From Mobula hypostoma (Eukaryota): a DNA stretch of 64,000 nt. Under the pieces are notes generated by a model. The model searched no databases. It saw only the letters and a program-made list of their open reading frames with translations, and was not told where the DNA came from. The translations under genes and the position numbers were made by a program. Location: contig NC_086097.1 in assembly GCF_963921235.1 (NCBI RefSeq), positions 73,596,001-73,660,000 of the forward strand, in the 5' to 3' direction. Positions 13,636 to 26,344 of this stretch are shown in pieces (within the stretch, counting starts at the first letter, position 1; every line of letters begins with the position of its first letter).

Positions 13636-15526
13636 AATGACAATGCATTACAATTAATGATACAAAAAAAACAAGGAGTGTCGGGCTTTGAAAGCAGAGA
13701 TTACAAATGACGAAATAATAAGAACAATAAGATTCCTGAAAAATGGCAAGAGTCCAGGTTCGGATGGAATAGGTAATGAAGTTTATAAGAAGTTTAGTGA
13801 CTTATTAGCACCTTATATAGTAAGGTTGTATAGAAAGTCGTTTGAAACGGGCAGGTTACCCCAAACCCTGAACGAGGCCATTATCATGCTTATTCCGAAG
13901 AAGGACAAAGACTCAGAGGAGGTAGGATCTTGTAGGCCGATTTCACTGCTAACTTTGGATCAGAAAATTCTGGCTAAAACGCTGGCGAGGAGTCTCAGTC
14001 AGCAGATAAATAAATTGGTACACTCAAATCAAACAGGGTTTATCCCCAAAAGGATTTCTTTCCATAACATCGGGCGCCTTCTTAATATAATGCATTCCCC
14101 AAGACATCCTAAGGAAGACCTTATAATATTAAGTTTAGATGCTGAGAAAGCATTCGACCAAGTGGAATGACAATACTTCTACGAGGTTTTGAAAAAATTT
14201 GGAATGGGAGACAAATTTATAACTTGGATTAAGCTCCTGTACAGTAACCCTAGTGCTAAAATACTAACTAATCAGACCCTCTCGGAATCACTCAGTTTGC
14301 ACAGGGGCACAAGACAGAGCTGTGCATTAAGTCCCTTATTGTTTGTGTTGGCCCTGGAACCACTGGTGGAGACTATACGTTCTCACCCCGAAATTTATGG
14401 GTACCATACAGAATATACTATCAACAAAATATCCCTTTATGCGTATGATGTTTTGTTGTTTGTAACGAAACCATACATTACTATTCAAGTTTTGCTGGAA
14501 ATAGTCAATTTATTTGGCACTTTCTCAGGGTGTAAGATTAATTGGGGGAAAAGTGAATTACTCCCAGTCCAAGTAGAAGAACAGGAGGGGCTTAAACAAT
14601 TTCCATTCAAAATAACCCTTGAGAAGTTTACTTACCTTGGAATCGCAATAACCAAAAAGTATAGTTCTCTATTTGAAGCAAATTTTACCCCTCTCATTGA
14701 AAAGATTAAAAATAAAATAGAAATTTGGAAGACACTCCTAATTTCTTTAGTGGGTAGAGTAAATGCAGTCAAGATGATCTTTCTTCCCCAACTGCTCTAT
14801 CTATTTCAGAACCTGCCCCTTTATCTTACCAAAACCTTTTTTAAAGGATTAGATTTGATAATTCTACCTTTTACATGGAATTCTAAAGCCCATAGAATTG
14901 GGAAAGGACATCTCTGCAAGAATAAGATTAGTGGCGGGGGGCGGGGGGGCTGGCACTACCCAACTTTATTTTTTATTACTGGGCTGCTAACATTAGCCAT
15001 ATAGCATACTGGAAAGATGATACAGTTGTACTTCCTGGATGGCTGGTGATGGAATGTGAGGATTGCCTACCATATTCCATAGGGGCAATCATTATGTCCC
15101 CTATTCCGTTAAATAAAGCCTATTATAGAGGCAATCCCATTATCCATAGCACCATACAGATGTAGAGACAAATGGGGAAGCATCTGAAACTCAGGACATT
15201 ATCTTTTCTTGTACCTACATCAGCGAACCCCTCTTTTATCCCCTCATGTATAGATGGGGCTTTTGATGCATGGCGAGAATTAGGGATACGCAGCGTTGGA
15301 GACTTACACATGCAAGGGATTTTGGCGTCATTTCGGCAGCTCCAGGACAAATTCGGATTGCAAAAGAGTCATTTTTTCAAGTATCTCCAGCTAAGACACT
15401 ATATAAGATCACATCTTTCTGGTTTTGAGATGGCAGAACCTGATAAATCAGATAATCATTTAAGATACACACATCAAAGTTGCTGGTGAACGCAGCAGGC
15501 CAGGCAGCATCTATAGGAAGAGGCGC

Positions 15527-15562
15527 AGTCGACATTTCAGGCCGAGACCCTTCGTCAGGACT
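15527..15562 (-). ncRNA. Minimal hammerhead motif in the sense-strand PLE 3' repeat
   Basis: AGUC-CUGACGA-AGG(GUCUCGG)CCU-GAAAU-GUC-GACU; one C>U change relative to the 18767 copy. Confidence 0.7.
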
Positions 15563-15854
15563 AACTGAAGGAAGAGTGAGTAAGGGATTTGAAAGCTGGA
15601 GGGGGAGGGGGAGATGCAAAATGATAGGAGAAGACAGGAGGGGGAGGGATGGAGCCGAGAGCTGGACAGGTGATAGGCAGAAGGGGATACGAGAGGATCA
15701 TGGGACAGGAGGTCCGGGAAGAAAGACGGGGGGGGGTGACCCAGAGGATGGGCAAGAGGTATATTCAGAGGGACAGAGGGAGAAAAAGGAGAGTGAGAGA
15801 AAGAATGTGTGCATGAAAAAGAGTAACAGATGGGGTACGAGGGGGAGGTGGGGC

Positions 15855-18628
15855 CTAGCGGAAGTTAGAGAAGTCAATGTTCATGCCATCAGGTTGGAGG
15901 CTACCCATACGGAATATAAGGTGTTGTTCCTCCAACCTGAGTGTGGCTTCATCTTTACAGTAGAGGAGGCCGTGGATAGACATGTCAGAATGGGAATGGG
16001 ATGTGGAATTAAAATGTGTGGCCACTGGGAGATCCTGCTTTCTCTGGCGGACAGAGCGTAGATGTTCAGCAAAGCGATCTCCCAGTCTGCGTCGGGTCTC
16101 ACCAATATATAAAAGGCCACATCGGGAGCACCGGACGCAGTATATCACCCCAGTCGACTCACAGGTGAAGTGATGCCTCACCTGGAAGGACTGTTTGGGG
16201 CCCTGAATGGTGGTAAGGGAGGAAGTGTAAGGGCATGTGTAGCACTTGTTCCGCTTACACGGATAAGTGCCAGGAGGGAGATCAGTGGGGAGGGATGGGG
16301 GGGACGAATGGACAAGGGAGTTGTGTAGGGAGCGATCCCTGCGGAATGCAGAGAGAGGGGGGGAGGGAAAGATATGCTTAGTGGTGGGATCCCGTTGGAG
16401 GTGGCGGAAGTTACGGAGAATAATATGTTGGACCCGGAGGCTGGTGGGGTGGTAGGTGAGGACCAGGGGAACCCTATTCCTAGTGGGGTGGTGGGAGGAT
16501 GGAGTGAGAGCAGATGTACTTGAAATGGGGGAGATGCGTTTAAGAGCAGAGTTGATAGTGGAGGAAGGGAAGCCCCTTTCTTTAAAAAATGAAGACATCT
16601 CCCTCGTCCTAGAATGAAAAGCCTCATCCTGAGAGCAGATGCGGCGGAGACGGAGGAATTGCGAGAAGGGGATGGCGTTTTTGCAAGAGACAGGGTGAGA
16701 AGAGGAATAGTCCAGATAGCTGTGAGAGTCAGTAGGCTTATAGTAGACATCAGTGGATAAGCTGTCTCCAGAGACAGAGACAGAAAGATCTAGAAAGGGG
16801 AGGGAGGTGTCGGAAATGGACCAGGTAAACTTGAGGGCAGGGTGAAAGTTGGAGGCAAAGTTAATAAAGTCAACGAGTTCTGCATGCGTGCAGGAAGCAG
16901 CGCCAATGCAGTCCTCGATGTAGCGAAGGAAAAGTGGGGGACAGATACCAGAATAGGCACGGAACATAGATTGTTCCACAAACCCAACAAAAAGGCAGGC
17001 ATAGCTAGGACCCATACGGGTGCCCATAGCTACACCTTTAGTTTGGAGGAAATGGGAGGAGCAAAAGGAGAAATTATTAAGAGTAAGGACTAATTCTGCT
17101 AGACGGAGCAGAGTGGTGGTAGAGGGGAACTGATTAGGTCTGGAATCCAAAAAGAAGCGTAGAGCTTTGAGACCTTCCTGATGGGGGATGGAAGTATATA
17201 GGGACTGGACATCCATGGTGAAAATAAAGCGGTGGGGGCCAGGGAACTTAAAATCATCGAAAAGTTTAAGAGCGTGAGAAGTGTCACGAACATAGGTCGG
17301 AAGGGATTGAACAAGGGGTGATAAAACAGTGTCGAGGTATGCAGAAATGAGTTCGGTGGGGCAGGAGCAAGCTGAGACAATAGGTCGGCCAGGACAGGCA
17401 GGTTTGTGGATCTTGGGTAGGAGGTAGAATCGGGAAGTGCGGGGTGTGGGAACTATAAGGTTGGTAGCAGTGGATGGGAGATCCCCTGAGCGGATAAAGT
17501 CGTTGATAGTGTGGGAGACAATGACCTGGTGCTCCTTAGTGGGGTCACGATCGAGGGGTAAATAAGAGGAGGTATCCGCGAGTTGTCGCTGTGCCTCGGC
17601 AAGGTAGAGGTCAGTACGCCAGACTACAACAGCACCCCCTTTATCAGCGGGTTTAATAATAATGTTAGGATTAGTGCGGAGGGAGTGGAGAGCAGAGCGT
17701 TCCGAAGGAGTGAGGTTGGAATGGGGACAAGGTGCGGTGAAGTCGAGACGGTTGATGTCCCGTCGGCAGTTGGCAATAAAGAGATCCAGAGCAGGCAGAA
17801 GACCAGAGCGGGGTGTCCATGAAGAAGAGGAGGGTTGAAGACAGGAGAAGGGGTCATCGGTGGGGGTGGTAGAGTCCTTGCCGAAGAAGTAGGCTCGGAG
17901 ACGGAGACGGCGGAAGAAAAGTTCCGCATCATGGCGAACACGGAACTCGCTGAGGTGTGGGCGAAGGGGGACAAACGTGAGGCCCTTACTGAGAACAGAG
18001 CGTTCTGCCTCCGACAGTTGAAGGTCGGAGGGGATGGTAAAGACCCGGCACGGATGAGAGCTGGGATCAGAGGGGGGAGGGGGGAGGCTGGGGGTGTCAG
18101 TGGAGAGGGGAGGGTTGGGGTGAGAGGAAGATGGAGCCTCTGAGGGCCCAGGAGTTGACGGTGGGATCTGAGGAAGACGGGGCTGCGGAGTGGTGGTGGG
18201 GGAAGGGGAGACGGGAGTCACAACAGCAGCACATAAAGACCCGGCCTGGAGTTCAAGGCTGGAGTCGCAGTTGGTGGTTGCGCGATCGCTTTGAATGTCT
18301 CCATGGTCGTTGCTGGAGTCCGGGTTTTGAATATGTCCTGAGGTGTTGGAGCCGCCGAGATCAACGGCAGGGGCCGCAACCGAAAGTTCATGCCTGCTAG
18401 CGTCGGGGCCGGCAGGCTCTGGAGTCCGTAGATGTAAGATCTTGCGATCTTTGCCTGATATGACAAAGTCAAAGAAACGGCGATTGCAGGCGTGGATCCG
18501 ACGGAGGATGAAATAGCGGGTAGGACCATTACAGACGACGAAGAAAGTGTCCCAAAGGTGTGGAAGGGTCTGGGATAGGGAAGCTCTGAAGGCGACGCTC
18601 TCCGCCATGAGGAGGTACTTGGTGTCCC
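15855..18628 (-). CDS. PLE polyprotein: reverse transcriptase plus GIY-YIG endonuclease (open frame, N-terminus truncated)
   Basis: KPADKGG, LPKIHK, GRPIVS, MDVQSLYT, GVAMGT, RYIED (normally YIDD), FLD, Cys linker PCKRNKCYTC, and VIYCVRCSRCGLLYIGET..RFAEH..VATHF. Confidence 0.93.
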
Positions 18629-18766
18629 TGATCCTCTCGTATCCCCTTCTGCCTATCACCTGTCCAGCTCTCGGCTCCATCCCTCCCCCTCCTGTCTTCT
18701 CCTATCATTTTGCATCTCCCCCTCCTCCTCCAGCTTTCAAATCCCTTACTCACTCTTCCTTCAGTT

Positions 18767-18802
18767 AGTCCTGACGAAGGGTCTCGGCCTGAAACGTCGA
18801 CT
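18767..18802 (+). ncRNA. Minimal type I hammerhead ribozyme, intact core
   Basis: AGUC-CUGACGA-AGG(GUCUCGG)CCU-GAAAC-GUC-GACU: helix I AGUC/GACU, helix II AGG/CCU, palindromic ACGU in place of helix III; predicted cut after 18798. Confidence 0.8.
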
Positions 18803-19959
18803 GCGCCTCTTCCTATAGATGCTGCCTGGCCTGCTGCGTTCACCAGCAACTTTGATGTGTGTTGCTTGAATTTCCAGCATCTGCAGAATTCCTGTTGTTT
18901 GCGTTTAATCATTTAAGATTATGTTTAGGGACAGAACACATCATCGCCTATCTGTATGATGCCATACAAAACAAGTGTCATACAACAATGAATAATATTA
19001 AAAAAGAGTGAGAAAAGGAGTTGGGTACAGAGATAGAGGAGGTTATATGGAATGAGGCTTTGGAGTATGTTAACTCCTGTTCCATCAATGCCAGGCATTG
19101 TTTAATACAATTTAAAAACGTACATAGACTACATTACTCAAAAGTAAGGATTCATAAAATATTCCCAGAGGTGTCCCCAATGTGTAAGAAATGTGGAGGT
19201 AAATTTGTTACATTTTAAAGTTAAAGTCTGTCCCAAGCCTTGTGGCCCATCAGGCTGGTGCTTATGGTTTCTGTGCGTGAAGCGACTGAGAGTAACATTT
19301 GAAACAAAAAAAAACCACACATACTTCTTTCTTTTCCCGACTATTAGATTCCTCAATGAGCAAACACCGCAGTCGGTCTTGTAGGCTTGAAGATGTCTTT
19401 TCCTACAATCAAGAGAAACAAAATAAAGTGAAATCAGTAACAAGAAACTAAGGCACCATTACATAACATTGCACTTGTAATTTTTGCCATTGTGAATCAT
19501 TTTTCCCATCCTCTGAATGTGGAAGGAGCCACACCCTATTGCAAGCTTATACCCATCTCCTTTCAAATTTGCATTACTCTGGGCTCATGTATTAAGTCAA
19601 ATGAGTTGAAAATTTGAAAAAGAATGAGTAGCAGACATCAGACTGCAACTATAATTTTAAGTTTCCCATCCCAGACAATTTTACTTATGCCCATTTTTCC
19701 ATTCATATCTTTCATGTCTCAATACACTTCAAAGGTTTGTGAATAATTATGCAAATATCACCACGAACCAGCAAATTTAAGCACTCCTTCTACATCACCA
19801 ATCTGGCAAGATTAGTTTTCTTTTGTACTTAAGATTCACACACCAGTGCACAAAAATGAGGCCATCAACAATCTCAAAGATAATTTCTATAGTTTATTTT
19901 TGTTGCCAATTCAAAAATGACCATCCACTGATAATATTTCTCATACACTGTATTCACAA

Positions 19960-20640
19960 AGACCAGAAAAAAGGAGCAAGAGTAGTCCAACAGGCCCTTC
20001 AAACTTGCTCCACCAGTTAATTTGACCATGTCTGATCTATGCTTCCCTCAGCTAAAGTTCAGTGTTATTTCTCCCAAACCCTCTATTCCCTGGTCTAGCA
20101 AAATATTTATCCATCTCCACCTTACGTACTTCCATTGATACAGCTATCGGCCACTGAGGCAGAGAATTCCTCAGATTCACCAATTTCTGCAAGACAACAT
20201 TACTAGCTAGCTTTATTTTAAATGAGCAGCCCTTTCATCTGCAAATATGTTCCTTATTCGAGATGCTCACAATAGTGAAAGCATCATATCTACCCTATCA
20301 ACCTCACCAGTTATTCTTATAAACTTAAGGGAATACTGGTAGAAACTATTGAATCTCTCTTGGTAGGACAACCCTCTCATCCCAGAAATTAGTGTGGTGT
20401 ATCTCCATTAAACGGCCTTCAATGTCTTTTTTTTAATATAGCTAAGCTGACCAAAACTGTGTGCAGTATTCCAAATGAGGTCACAACAACACCCTGTACA
20501 GCTCCAACAAAGCCTTCCTATTATAAAACTTCATCTCCTTTGCAATAAAGGTCACAATACTCTTGGCCTTTTTAACAAGATGTTGGAGCTGCCTGAGAGC
20601 TCTTTGTGATTCTTTCACAGGAATACCTAGATCCCTCTGT
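19960..20640 (-). mobile_element. Old CR1 3' fragment
   Basis: Reverse complement encodes a degenerate HLEYCTQFWS region followed by a CR1-like 3' end. Confidence 0.6.
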
Positions 20641-21863
20641 ACGATAAATAATCTGAACACCTTACCTTACAATTTTCCAAAATATTTTGCCTCAAGTCAT
20701 ATGGTGACTGCCGAACTTTTTCACAAATGGCCTGATAGAGACCAATCAGTTGTCTTCTTTTCTCTTTGACAGGAGAGGATCTAAGGCAGGATTTCCCCAT
20801 GGCATTCTGATTTGGACATCTGTTGCACTCCTCTGACTACAAGTAAAATAAAGAAATAAAGAAATAAAGAAAAGCTGCACTCAACTTCAACGTTCTTTTA
20901 GATGGCAGACAAATTACATTGTGTAAATTAAACTGACAGTATCATAGAGGCACAGAACACGACAGCACAGAAACAGGCACTTTGGCGCAGCCTAACAGTT
21001 CTTGTTCTCAAACTGCCTGATGGTAGAAGGTTAAAGAGATTGCAGAACAGACGGGAGGGATCACTGACAATGCTGAGGGCTCTGCGAATGCACTTCTGGT
21101 ATAGTTCATGCTGAAAGCATCTAAACTGCCAATGCCTGTAAACAGACCATAGCCCCTCCTGTCCAAATCTCCCTTAAATGTTGAAATTGAACCACCACTT
21201 CCACTGCCAACTCATTCCACAATCTCACCACCCTCTGAGTGAGGTTCCCCTTCTTGTTCCCCTTAAGCATTTCACCTTTCACACTTAACCCATGACCTTT
21301 ATTCCTAGTCTCACCCATCCTTGGTAGAAAAAGCCTGCTTGCATTTACCCTATCTTTCCCCTCAATTTTGTATGCTTCTACAAAATCTTTTGCTTATTCT
21401 CATTGCTCTAGGAATAAAGTCCTGTTATTTAACCTTTTTTCTATCACCAAGGTCAAGTACTTGCAAATTTTCTCTGCACTCCTTCAATCTTATTCTACCC
21501 TTCCTGTAGGTAAATGACCAAAACTGCACACAACACTCCAAAATTTGGCCTCACCAACATCTCAACTTCAACATACATCCCAACTCCTGTACTCAATACT
21601 TTGATTTATGAAGGCCGATATGCCAAAAGCTTTCGTTATATCCCTGTGACGCCACTTTCAAGGAATTATGGATCTGTATTCCCAGATCCCTCTGTTCTAC
21701 CACACTCCTCCGTGCCCTAACGCTCACCGTGCAAGTCCTACCCTGGTTTGTCCTCCCAAAAGGCAACACTTCACACTTGTCTACATTAAATGCCACTGTT
21801 ATTTTTCGGACCATTGTTCCTGCTGGTCCAGATCCCAATGCAAGCTTTGATAGTCTTCCTTGT

Positions 21864-22436
21864 TGTGGGTGTACAGGGTGTCAGGGACGGGTAGCTCCTC
21901 TGGTGGAGGAACATGCCACGTCCTTTTCAAGGCGGTTTGTCCACCTTTGGTTCCCACCTGGCACTCAGCTCTCACCTGTAGCTCCCCGTAGCTGTTTGCA
22001 TGCGACAGCGGACAGACCCCGGGCAACTGCTTCGACAAGCCGGCTAAACTAGGTGAGGGTAGCCGACAGGTCTCAAACCCTCGGTGAGATAGGGAGTTGT
22101 CTATCCCAGCATGTGAAGACAGACTCCGGTGGATTGAGCGGATGAGACCAATGCAAGGTCCAACGGTCAAGAAGGCGATCTCCGCAAGCGTCATGGAACG
22201 TGCAGAGCAGGACAAGACACAGGGGACGACCTGGTCATTCACTGCACCTAGTCCCATCTCCAGCCATCTCGACACTTGTCTTGCTACTGGATCCAGATGG
22301 GAATTGGGAAGATAGAGTGAGGCTGTCGCTGCGCAACTCTCCCTCACTTAAATCCAAATCAAGCACTAGTCTCAACACCATCATCTTTTGACTAATGGTA
22401 TCGAGGTCTTCATCGAAGATGATGGACGAACACGAG
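21864..22436. mobile_element. GC-rich non-coding insert, probably a non-autonomous RTE-related or SINE element
   Basis: Abrupt CpG-rich block that interrupts the CR1 RT region, which resumes at about 22437; family assignment is from recalled resemblance only. Confidence 0.45.
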
Positions 22437-22610
22437 ATACACCCCTAATCTTGGTGTCATCTGGAAATTTGCTAGTCCAGTTTATCACATTATCACCCAC
22501 GTCATAGATATAGATGACAAATAATAGACCCAGCAGTGATCCCTGAGGCACACCACTAGCCTCCAATCAGAGGAGCAACCATCTACTAGCACTGTACTCA
22601 AATGTCCAAT

Positions 22611-22967
22611 CCAATTTACTACCTTATCTTGAATGCCGAGCAACTGAAACTTCTTGATCAACCTCCCATGTGGGACCTTGTCAAATAGTCATAGTCATAC
22701 TTTATTGATCCCCGGGGAAATTGGTTTTCGTTACAGTTGCACCATAAATAATTAAATAGTAATAAAACCATAAATAGTTAGATAGTAATATGTAAATTAT
22801 CTATTTATGGTTTTATTACTATTTAATTATTTATGGTGCAACTGTAACGAAAACCAATTTCCCCCGGGATCAGTAAAGTATGACTATGACTATTTGACAA
22901 GGTCCCACATGGGAGGTTGGTCAAGAAGTTTCCGTTGCTCGGCATTCAAGATAAGGTAGTAAATTGG
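22611..22967. repeat. 167-bp inverted repeat with a 23-nt loop, made of a LINE tail plus duplicated CR1 flank
   Basis: 22611-22777 is the reverse complement of 22801-22967 with about 4 mismatches. Confidence 0.92.
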
Positions 22968-24689
22968 TAAAATGCCTTACTAAAGTCCTTGTAGACACCA
23001 TCCACTCCCTTACCTTCATCAACTTTCCTGGTAACTTCCTCAAAAAACTAAGAGTTTAGGCACAATCTACCATGTACAGCGCCATATTGACAATCCTAAT
23101 CAGTCCCTGTCTATCCAAATACTTATATAACTGGTTCCTTAGAATACCTTCCAATAACTTATCCACTATTGATGTCAGGTTCAACAGCCTATAATTTTCC
23201 ATCTTATCCTTAGAGCCTTTCTTAAACAACGGAACAACATTAGCTCTCCTCCAATGCTCTGGTACCTCACCAGTGGCTAAGGATATGTTTGAAGTAACTC
23301 TGCTAAGGCCCCTGCAATTTCTGCCCTTGCCTTCCACTGAGTCTGGGGGAACATCTGGTCAGGCCCTAGAGATTGATCCACCTTAATATGCTACCAGACA
23401 GCAAATATCTCTTTCTCTGTAAACATTCTATGGTCCATGACTTCACTGCTGCTTTGCCTCACTTCAATATACTCTCTATCAGGCTCCCAAATAAATACAG
23501 ACTCAAAAAATCCATTTAATGGCTCCCCACCTCTTTCAGTTCCATGCATAAATGACCATTCTCATCTTCCAAAGGACTAATTTTATCCCCTGCTATCCTT
23601 TTGCTCTTAGTATATCTGCAGAAGCCCTTTTGGATTCTCCTTGTCTGCTGGAACAACCTAATGCATTCTTTTAGCCCTCTGAAGTGTTTCCTTCTCAAGT
23701 ATTCTCTTGCATTTCTCAGACTCAAGTACCTCATTTGCTCCTTTCTGCCTGTACCAGCTATACACCATCTTCTTCTAAACCAGGGCCTCAGTATCTCTCA
23801 AAAACCAAGGTTCCCCAATCCCATTATCCTTGCCTTTTATTCTGACAGGAACATACAAACCCTGTACTCCCAAAAATTTCACTTTTAACAGTTTCCCACT
23901 TACCAAGCACAATTTTACCTGAAAACAATCTGTCTCATTGCACACTTGCAAAATCCTTTCTGACAGCATCAAGATCAGCCTTTCTCCAATGTAGAATCTC
24001 AACCGGAGGACCAGACCTATATTTGTCCATAACTATGTTGAACCTAATGACATCATGATTACTGGATGCAAAGTGTTCTCCTACACAAGCTTCTGACACC
24101 TGCCCTGTCTCATTCCTTAAAAGGAGATCTAGTATCACACCCTCTCCAGTTGGGACCCCTAGGTACTGATTAAGGAAACTTTCCTGAACACATTTGACAA
24201 ACTCTAGCCCACCCAGCCCTTTTACTGTATGGGAGTCTCAGTCAATGTGTGGAAGGTTAAAATCACCTACCATCACAACCTTGTTACTTGCAACAGTCTG
24301 TGATCCCTACAAATTTGCTCCTCTAAATCCCATTATGTGGTCTATAATATAATCCTAATAATGTCTGAGCAATGCTGTGACATTTTCCCTAATAATATCA
24401 TCCCTCCCCCATTTAATCCCTCCTGCTCTATCACATCTAAACCAACTGAATCCCACAACACTGGGTTGCCACTCCTTCCCCTTCTGCAAACAAGTCTCAC
24501 TAATGGCTACAATGTCATAATCCCATGTGCTTACCTGTGTCCCAAGGTCATCCGCCTTTCCTACAATACTCTTGTCATTGAAATATACCCAACTCAGAAC
24601 ATCAGTCTACCGTGCTGAACCTTCACAAGTTTCTAAAAAGGTAGAGGTGCTGCTGTGCATTTTTCGTAATAGGCCTCAGACAGATCCCG

Positions 24690-25600
24690 ATTAATGATTT
24701 GGATGATGGAATTGATGGCTTTGAGCCCAGGTTTGTAGATGATACAAAGATAGGTGGAGAGGCAGGTAGCCTTCAGGAAGCAGAGAGTCTGCAGAAGGAG
24801 CTAGACAGATTAGGTGCATGGGAAAAGAAGTGGCAGATAGATAATAGAGTTGGGAGATGTACGGTCGTGCACTTGCTAGAATGAATAAAGACAATATTTT
24901 CTAAGTGGGGAGAAAATTCAAATATCAGAGGTGCAAGAAGAGAGCTCTCGCGCAGGATTCATTAAAGTTTAACTTGCAGGGTTTTTTCCCTCCAGTGGCA
25001 AGGCAGGAAGATGCAATGCTGGCATTAATTTTGAGAGGACTAGAATATAAAAGCAGGGATGCAATGCTGAGACTTCATAAGGTTTTGGTCAGACCGTACC
25101 TGGAGTATTGAGAGCAGTTATCCAAGAAATGTGCTGGCATTGTAGAGGGCTCAGGAGAATGATTCTGTGAATAAAAGGGTTAACATATGAGGAATGACTC
25201 TGGGCCTGTACTTGCTGGAACCTAGAAGAATGGGGGAGGGGAAAATCTCATTGAAATCTGTCAAATATTGAAAGGCCTAAATAGAGCGGATGTGAAGAGG
25301 ATGATTCCTATAGTGGGGGAGTCTTGGAGCAGACAGCACAGCCTCAGAATAGAGGGACCTCTATTTAGAACAGAGATGAGGAGGAATTCCTTTAGACAAA
25401 GGGTGGCGAATCTGTGGAATTCATTGCCACAGACAGTTGTAGAGGATGTCATTGAATATATTTAAAACAAAGGTTCATGTGTTGTTGATTAGTAAAAGGA
25501 TCAAAGGATACAGGGAGAAGGTAGAAGAATGGGGTTGAGAGGGATAATAAGTCAGCCATGAATGAATGGCAGCACAATTCTGTTCCTATGTCTTATGGTC
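24690..25600 (+). mobile_element. CR1 LINE 3' fragment
   Basis: FVDDTKIGG, LQKELDRLGAW, LVRPYLEY and QRVANLWNSLP motifs; cttatggt-type tail. Confidence 0.85.
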
Positions 25601-26344
25601 TTCAACGGTTCATATTTCTTGGTCAGTGGCAAACAGTATTTGCTGTTCATTATAAATATAATTCTTAACAAATTTAAATGAAAGATATCAAGTGTCTTAT
25701 GTAGTGAGCTTCTTTATAGGTACCTGCGACCTTTGGAACCAATTACACATCTTTTCAACCAGTCTGAACTGTCTGAGTCATGCACTGTTGAAGTTTACTG
25801 CAAATCAAAGCCAAAAATTGAAATGGAGATAAAAAGATAAATGGAACTGGGGAGGAATGAGACATGACTGTTCACAAATCTTCTGCAATAAATTAAAGCT
25901 GAACAATCAAACTTTGTGGTTCTAAGTTTTGAGCTCCAGAGAGCTGGTTTGGAAGTAATTAAGATCTATCATTTCATTAAGGATTCAGTTACACCTGAAC
26001 AGACATGATCCAACTTTCTCAAGGTTATTTCATGGTTATCTACCAAATTTGCTTCCACTTCTTGCCTTGCTAGTGTAGCCTTAACTATGCTGTGTAAATA
26101 AATGTTTTTCTCACATCAGTTTTGGATATTTTGTCAACTGACTACATTCTAGGTATGCCTATTCCTGACCCATTCCCCAATGGGAATGGATTTTCTCCAT
26201 CTCCTCGATCTATATTCTTCTAGATTTCGGATCTCCTAACCTTCTCCATTCCAAGGACAGACACCCTAGACTAATTATTAATCCAGATAATTAATGCCCT
26301 ACATTCCTGAAATAATTTTGGTACATCTCGCCAAAGATTTACAT

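Larger units (their letters stand above)
15467..18905 (-). mobile_element. Penelope-like retroelement (probably Neptune clade), 5'-truncated, with an inverted terminal repeat
   Basis: 14-bp TSD taatcatttaagat (15453-15466 and 18906-18919); 15467-15700 is the reverse complement of 18629-18862 with about 2 mismatches; contains an RT plus GIY-YIG ORF. Confidence 0.95.
13640..19200 (+). mobile_element. L1/Tx1-clade LINE ORF2 fragment, split by the PLE insertion
   Basis: ORFs 13688-14170 and 14189-15004 contain KSPGSDG, RPISLL, QTGFIP, SLDAEKAFDQVE, RGTRQ.C.LSPLLF and SLYAYD; the reading resumes after 18906 (IQFKNVHRLHYS...CKKC). Confidence 0.9.
20940..24620 (-). mobile_element. Long degraded CR1 LINE carrying nested inserts (21864-22436 and 22685-22967)
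   Basis: LDLLLRNETGQV, VPEHWRRANVVPLFKKG, SGVPQGSLLG, KFPDDTK and FNVDKCEV motifs on the minus strand. Confidence 0.85.

Noticed and set aside
15480..16061. 193-aa plus-strand ORF, and similar ORFs at 57672-58722
   Set aside because: Antisense readings of the purine-rich PLE terminal repeat.
18629..18680. N-terminus (MEPRAGQV...) of the 941-aa ORF
   Set aside because: Starts at a non-ATG codon inside the inverted arm; a chance in-frame fusion, not the native PLE start.
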